Origin: Candidatus Methanomethylicia archaeon
Lineage (GTDB): Archaea; Thermoproteota; Methanomethylicia; Nezhaarchaeales; B40-G2
Reading direction: 5' to 3'
DNA: 15,759 bases
NCBI GenBank assembly: GCA_029259155.1
Contig: JAPDJI010000047.1
Span: 1 to 15,759, forward strand
Numbering within the stretch: position 1 is the first letter of the stretch; each line of letters begins with the position of its first letter. Below the pieces are notes generated by a model, which saw only the letters and a list, made by a program, of their open reading frames with translations, was not told the DNA's origin and did not search any database. Made by a program: the position numbers and the translations under genes. Shown here one piece after another: positions 14,775 to 15,759 of the stretch.

Positions 14775-15759
14775 ATGGAGTTAAACGGGGAACGCCTAGC
14801 TTCCAGGCTAGCGTTTTCAACTGTGACTATAGCGGCAATGATAGGTTCCTGGCTAACCATCATATATCACTATCCAGACTGGCTCTCAGTATACGAAGAC
14901 CTACTACAGCTTTTAGAGGAGCCGTTGATGTCTCCAACCTTTCCAGTTCCGCTAGGCTTACCGCTCATCATAATCGCCTTCATCCAGGCCTTCCTAATAG
15001 GCGCAGCTTTAATGAGGCTTTCAGACGGCTTTCATCATGACTACTCGCTTAGGTTAGCCGCCTCGCTTGGCTTAGGGCTCGGGATATGTGGAGCTGCAAC
15101 AACCATCCTAGGCATCCTTCAACTCATGACTCCTTTCAACCTGAGGGTCGCCACCTTGACCATAGTTGCCGCCTGCCTCTCCTTCAGCTTCTACGCTAAG
15201 CGCGTGTCTCCTCGCAGCTTCCTGGCTGAGGTAGTTGGAATGTTGGTTCCACGGAGGAGGATGTTGACGGAGACCTCCTCGTTAAAGTACACGCCTTTCA
15301 TAGCGTTGACCCTCTTAATCTTCTATTCAGGGTTGATGGAACCTATCCTTCACTGGGACGCGACGGTGTATCATGCAGTTATCGCGAAGCTCCTGCTGTC
15401 GGAGGGAGGTTTCCCATACCTTGTAGGTTCATCTCACGGCCTTGAACTAAGCTCCAACTACCCTCCCTTAGCCTCAGCTATCGGGGCTTACTTCTATGCC
15501 CAGGTAGGGGTGATGGATGATTTTTACTTTAGGCTCATATCCCCTTTAGCGTCCCTGCTGACCTTGATATGTATATATGAGCTTGGCGTTTTTCTTAAAG
15601 GCCCGAGGCTAGGCTTCCTAGCTTCCTTCATCGCGTTGTCCACCCCCCTCTTCATACTGTACTCGATCTATGAGACCAACTACATGCTCCTAGCCTTCTA
15701 CTCCTCAGCCACGATGCTCTTCGCTCTTCACGGCTTATCGAGAGGTGGGCGAGGACCCT
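14775..15759 (+). CDS. GT-C fold membrane glycosyltransferase (ArnT/PMT-like, GT39/GT83 type); runs off the right edge
   Basis: Not in ORF track. Open from ATG 14775 to the window end (328 codons): MELNGERLASRLAF...; many TM helices; external-loop motif EPILHWDATVYHAVIAK followed by NYPPL, then RLISPL..IYELG and ALSTPLF. Confidence 0.85.
   Translation, partial: MELNGERLASRLAFSTVTIAAMIGSWLTIIYHYPDWLSVYEDLLQLLEEPLMSPTFPVPLGLPLIIIAFIQAFLIGAALMRLSDGFHHDYSLRLAASLGLGLGICGAATTILGILQLMTPFNLRVATLTIVAACLSFSFYAKRVSPRSFLAEVVGMLVPRRRMLTETSSLKYTPFIALTLLIFYSGLMEPILHWDATVYHAVIAKLLLSEGGFPYLVGSSHGLELSSNYPPLASAIGAYFYAQVGVMDDFYFRLISPLASLLTLICIYELGVFLKGPRLGFLASFIALSTPLFILYSIYETNYMLLAFYSSATMLFALHGLSRGGRGP

Noticed and set aside
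1-15759. CRISPR array, tRNA/rRNA, transposase or integrase
   Set aside because: No regularly spaced repeats, cloverleaf, or recombinase/transposase motifs were seen by eye.

Overview
Archaeal DNA, probably from a thermophilic TACK-type archaeon (inferred from BRE/TATA promoters, GAGGTG-type RBSs, TTG/GTG starts and gene content). There are three blocks. (1) 1-4384 is a divergent sulfate-activation locus. The minus arm has APS kinase (cysC) and a ribbon-helix-helix gene running off the left edge that the ORF track missed. The plus arm has a TauE/SafE transporter, a second RHH paralog with an '...RLRKLGYL' tail, ATP sulfurylase (sat) and a cytoplasmic AlkP-superfamily (COG3379-like) enzyme. No APS/PAPS reductase, sulfite reductase or canonical sulfotransferase is in view. 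(2) 4879-6689 holds two tandem paralogous HEPN-MNT toxin-antitoxin pairs. The first HEPN frame is full-length but has no canonical in-frame start at its N-terminus. (3) 7342-15759 is a cell-surface locus: two small exported single-module MG/Ig-like proteins, a divergent ~1734-aa sequon-rich secreted protein with no C-terminal anchor that contains the same module, a radical SAM/SPASM-twitch enzyme, and a GT-C glycosyltransferase running off the right edge (also missed by the ORF track). The best candidates for an undescribed system are a three-component MG-module surface assembly with dedicated glycan tailoring, and a PAPS-supply module in which an AlkP enzyme and tail-bearing RHH proteins may stand in for a classical sulfotransferase and regulator. 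Both functional readings are inference.
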